64,000 nucleotides of DNA from Verrucomicrobiota bacterium. GTDB taxonomy: Bacteria > Verrucomicrobiota > Verrucomicrobiia > Opitutales > Cerasicoccaceae. A program made the position numbers and the translations under genes. Below the pieces are notes generated by a model. That model was not told the origin of the DNA, made no database searches, and saw only the letters and a list, made by a program, of their open reading frames with translations. The DNA is taken from contig JBCBUK010000007.1 of NCBI GenBank assembly GCA_039818205.1, forward strand, positions 1 through 64,000. Reading direction: 5' to 3'. Positions 62,112 to 64,000 of this stretch are shown here, piece after piece. Each line of letters opens with the position of its first letter. Positions within the stretch are counted from its first letter, which is position 1.

Positions 62112-63998
62112 ATGAATTTCGACAAAAACGATCATCGTATTACCGCCTATGCTCTCGGGGAACCCCTCGATCAAGAAGCGCAGGCTTTCATCGACCAGCA
62201 CAAAGATCTGGAAGAATTTCACCAAGCAGTGGCGGACATTCGCGCTACCGCCAAAGCGATCGAACGAACGTTCAGCTTGGAAGCGACTCGGGGCGAAGCC
62301 GTAAGCGAGGCTTCTGTCCTGGAACAACTGAACCAGCAACCAAGTAGGAATGGCCATGGGGAAACCACCGCTTCCAAGCTGTCTCGGTTCGTCGTTTTCG
62401 GTAGCGCGATCGCCGCTGCTTTAGCCCTGATGCTTCTCGTGCAATCGACCATCGATCCAAGCAGTCAACCATTCGGTAGCTCCTCCTCAGTTGAATCCGA
62501 TAACTCTGAGTTGATCGTTTACGAGGAGATTCGGGTCACCATTCCAAGGGAGTTAATTGAAGGAACACCTCAACCAATCAAGGTACCCAACCTTGAGCCA
62601 GCTCCGACCGAGCCACCAAAAATCGTAGTCGCTCTAAAACTGCTGGAAGAACCTGAATCAATCGATCTGGAGTTTCCAGAAGGCGCAGATATATACCTTG
62701 GTTTCAAATCTGAAGATAAGCCGGCCATCGAAGCCGAAGCTCCCGCGATGCCCTATGCGGCTCCAGCGACCAAACCAATGACTGTCATATCGGCGAATGA
62801 ACTCGCCGCATCTGGCGCGCACCTCGAAGAAATCAGAAGACAGAGCGCAGCTTCGGTCGACTTCATGACTTCGAACGATTTCAGTAAATTCTCTGCTGAT
62901 GGTCTCGCAGAACCTTCAGCAGAACCCAAAAGAGAATTAGGAGTTCAAAACGGTTGGAGTTCCACTAGCGAATCAAAGGCCAAGGACGCGGGGTGGAACC
63001 GTGAAGGCTACGACAGCATTGAAGAGAATGAGTTCATTGCACCAAAGGCGCAGCCGATTTCGACGTTCTCGGTAGACGTCGACACCGCGAGCTATGCAAA
63101 CACTCGGCGCTTCATTTCTCAGGGCAGTCTCCCACCGGCTGACGCCGTGCGGATCGAAGAGCTAATCAACTACTTCGACTACGCTTACCCAAATCCCGAT
63201 TGGAATGTCAATGCGCCCAAAGTTGGTCATCCATTTTCGGTAACCACCGAAGTCAGCTCGGCTCCTTGGAACCCCAAACACACCTTGGTGCGCATTGGTT
63301 TGCAAGGCTTTGAAGTCCCTTGGGATGAACGTCCGGCAAACAACCTCGTGTTCCTCGTCGATGTATCCGGTTCGATGGACCAATCCAACAAGTTACCCTT
63401 GGTCAAGCAAGCGTTGACCGAATTGATCCAACGCCTGGATCGTCGAGACCGCGTGGCGATCGTCGTCTATGCGGGTAGCAGTGGCCTTGCCCTTCCGTCC
63501 ACCACCGCCGACAACTACGAGACCATCGAGCATGCGCTAAACAACCTGCAGGCGGGTGGCTCAACCAATGGAGCTCAGGGAATCGAGCTCGCCTACGCCA
63601 CGGCCCAGAAGCACTTCATTGATGACGGCAACAACCGAGTGATTCTCTGCACAGACGGCGACTTCAACGTTGGCGTCAGTGATCGCGGTAGGCTTGTGAG
63701 CCTCATCGAAGAAAAGGCCAAAAGCGGGGTCTTCCTTTCAATCTGCGGATTTGGCCAAGGCAACTATCGCGACGGGATGATGGAAAGCCTGTCGAACAAG
63801 GGTAATGGCAACTACGCCTATATCGATACAGCCAACGAAGCCCGTAAGGTCTTTGGGGAAGACTTAACGAGCACCTTGCTCACGATCGCCAATGACGTGA
63901 AGATCCAAGTCGAGTTTAATCCTGCCAACGTTGGCGCATACCGACTCATCGGTTACGAGAATCGCAAACTTGCCGCGCAGGATTTCAACGATGACAAA
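62112..63998 (+). CDS. Membrane-anchored vWA protein (YfbK-like) with N-terminal anti-sigma-like domain; partial, runs off the right edge
   Basis: Absent from the ORF track (no stop in window). Manual translation: ITAYALGE, one TM helix, STFSVDVDTASY, VRIEELINYFDY, MIDAS NLVFLVDVSGSM, ILCTDGDFNVG, TIANDVKIQVEFNP..YRLIGYENR. Confidence 0.92.
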   Translation, partial: MNFDKNDHRITAYALGEPLDQEAQAFIDQHKDLEEFHQAVADIRATAKAIERTFSLEATRGEAVSEASVLEQLNQQPSRNGHGETTASKLSRFVVFGSAIAAALALMLLVQSTIDPSSQPFGSSSSVESDNSELIVYEEIRVTIPRELIEGTPQPIKVPNLEPAPTEPPKIVVALKLLEEPESIDLEFPEGADIYLGFKSEDKPAIEAEAPAMPYAAPATKPMTVISANELAASGAHLEEIRRQSAASVDFMTSNDFSKFSADGLAEPSAEPKRELGVQNGWSSTSESKAKDAGWNREGYDSIEENEFIAPKAQPISTFSVDVDTASYANTRRFISQGSLPPADAVRIEELINYFDYAYPNPDWNVNAPKVGHPFSVTTEVSSAPWNPKHTLVRIGLQGFEVPWDERPANNLVFLVDVSGSMDQSNKLPLVKQALTELIQRLDRRDRVAIVVYAGSSGLALPSTTADNYETIEHALNNLQAGGSTNGAQGIELAYATAQKHFIDDGNNRVILCTDGDFNVGVSDRGRLVSLIEEKAKSGVFLSICGFGQGNYRDGMMESLSNKGNGNYAYIDTANEARKVFGEDLTSTLLTIANDVKIQVEFNPANVGAYRLIGYENRKLAAQDFNDDK

Positions 63999-64000
63999 AA

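Noticed and set aside
1..64000. CRISPR arrays, tRNA/rRNA genes, IS elements
   Set aside because: No regularly spaced short repeats, cloverleaf or rRNA signatures, or transposase ORFs were seen.

Overview
Bacterial chromosomal DNA, most likely from a marine Verrucomicrobiota (Opitutales-like). This is inferred from the PEP-CTERM proteins, the DUF1501/PSD1-cytochrome c module, the Rhodopirellula/Verrucomicrobium-type ECF sigma factor and the sulfatase. The left half (1-32169, minus strand) is a compact operon of at least three secreted proteins: (1) a 1085-aa phage-tail-fibre-like protein with a Sec signal and a C-terminal GDxxMGxF motif; (2) a ~8980-aa giant built from Ig-like repeats and about seven [LVIVD beta-propeller/Big_5/IPT] super-repeats; (3) a LamG-like repeat protein with a recent ~96%-identical 789-bp duplication, running off the left edge. 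The right half holds a sulfatase, an acyltransferase-3, a translationally coupled CYTH-CHAD-ParA operon, an FAD/Fe-S oxidase and rho with a structured leader. It also holds an ECF sigma/FecR/PSD1/DUF1501/cytochrome c-LRR module with a shared promoter motif, a multi-domain secreted protein, two paralogous PEP-CTERM genes around an FAD oxidoreductase, and an ECF sigma/vWA pair running off the right edge. No rRNA, tRNA, CRISPR array or mobile element was seen. The best candidates for undescribed systems are the fibre/giant-adhesin operon and a possible ParA-driven polyphosphate-granule positioning module. All domain calls are by eye, without database searches.
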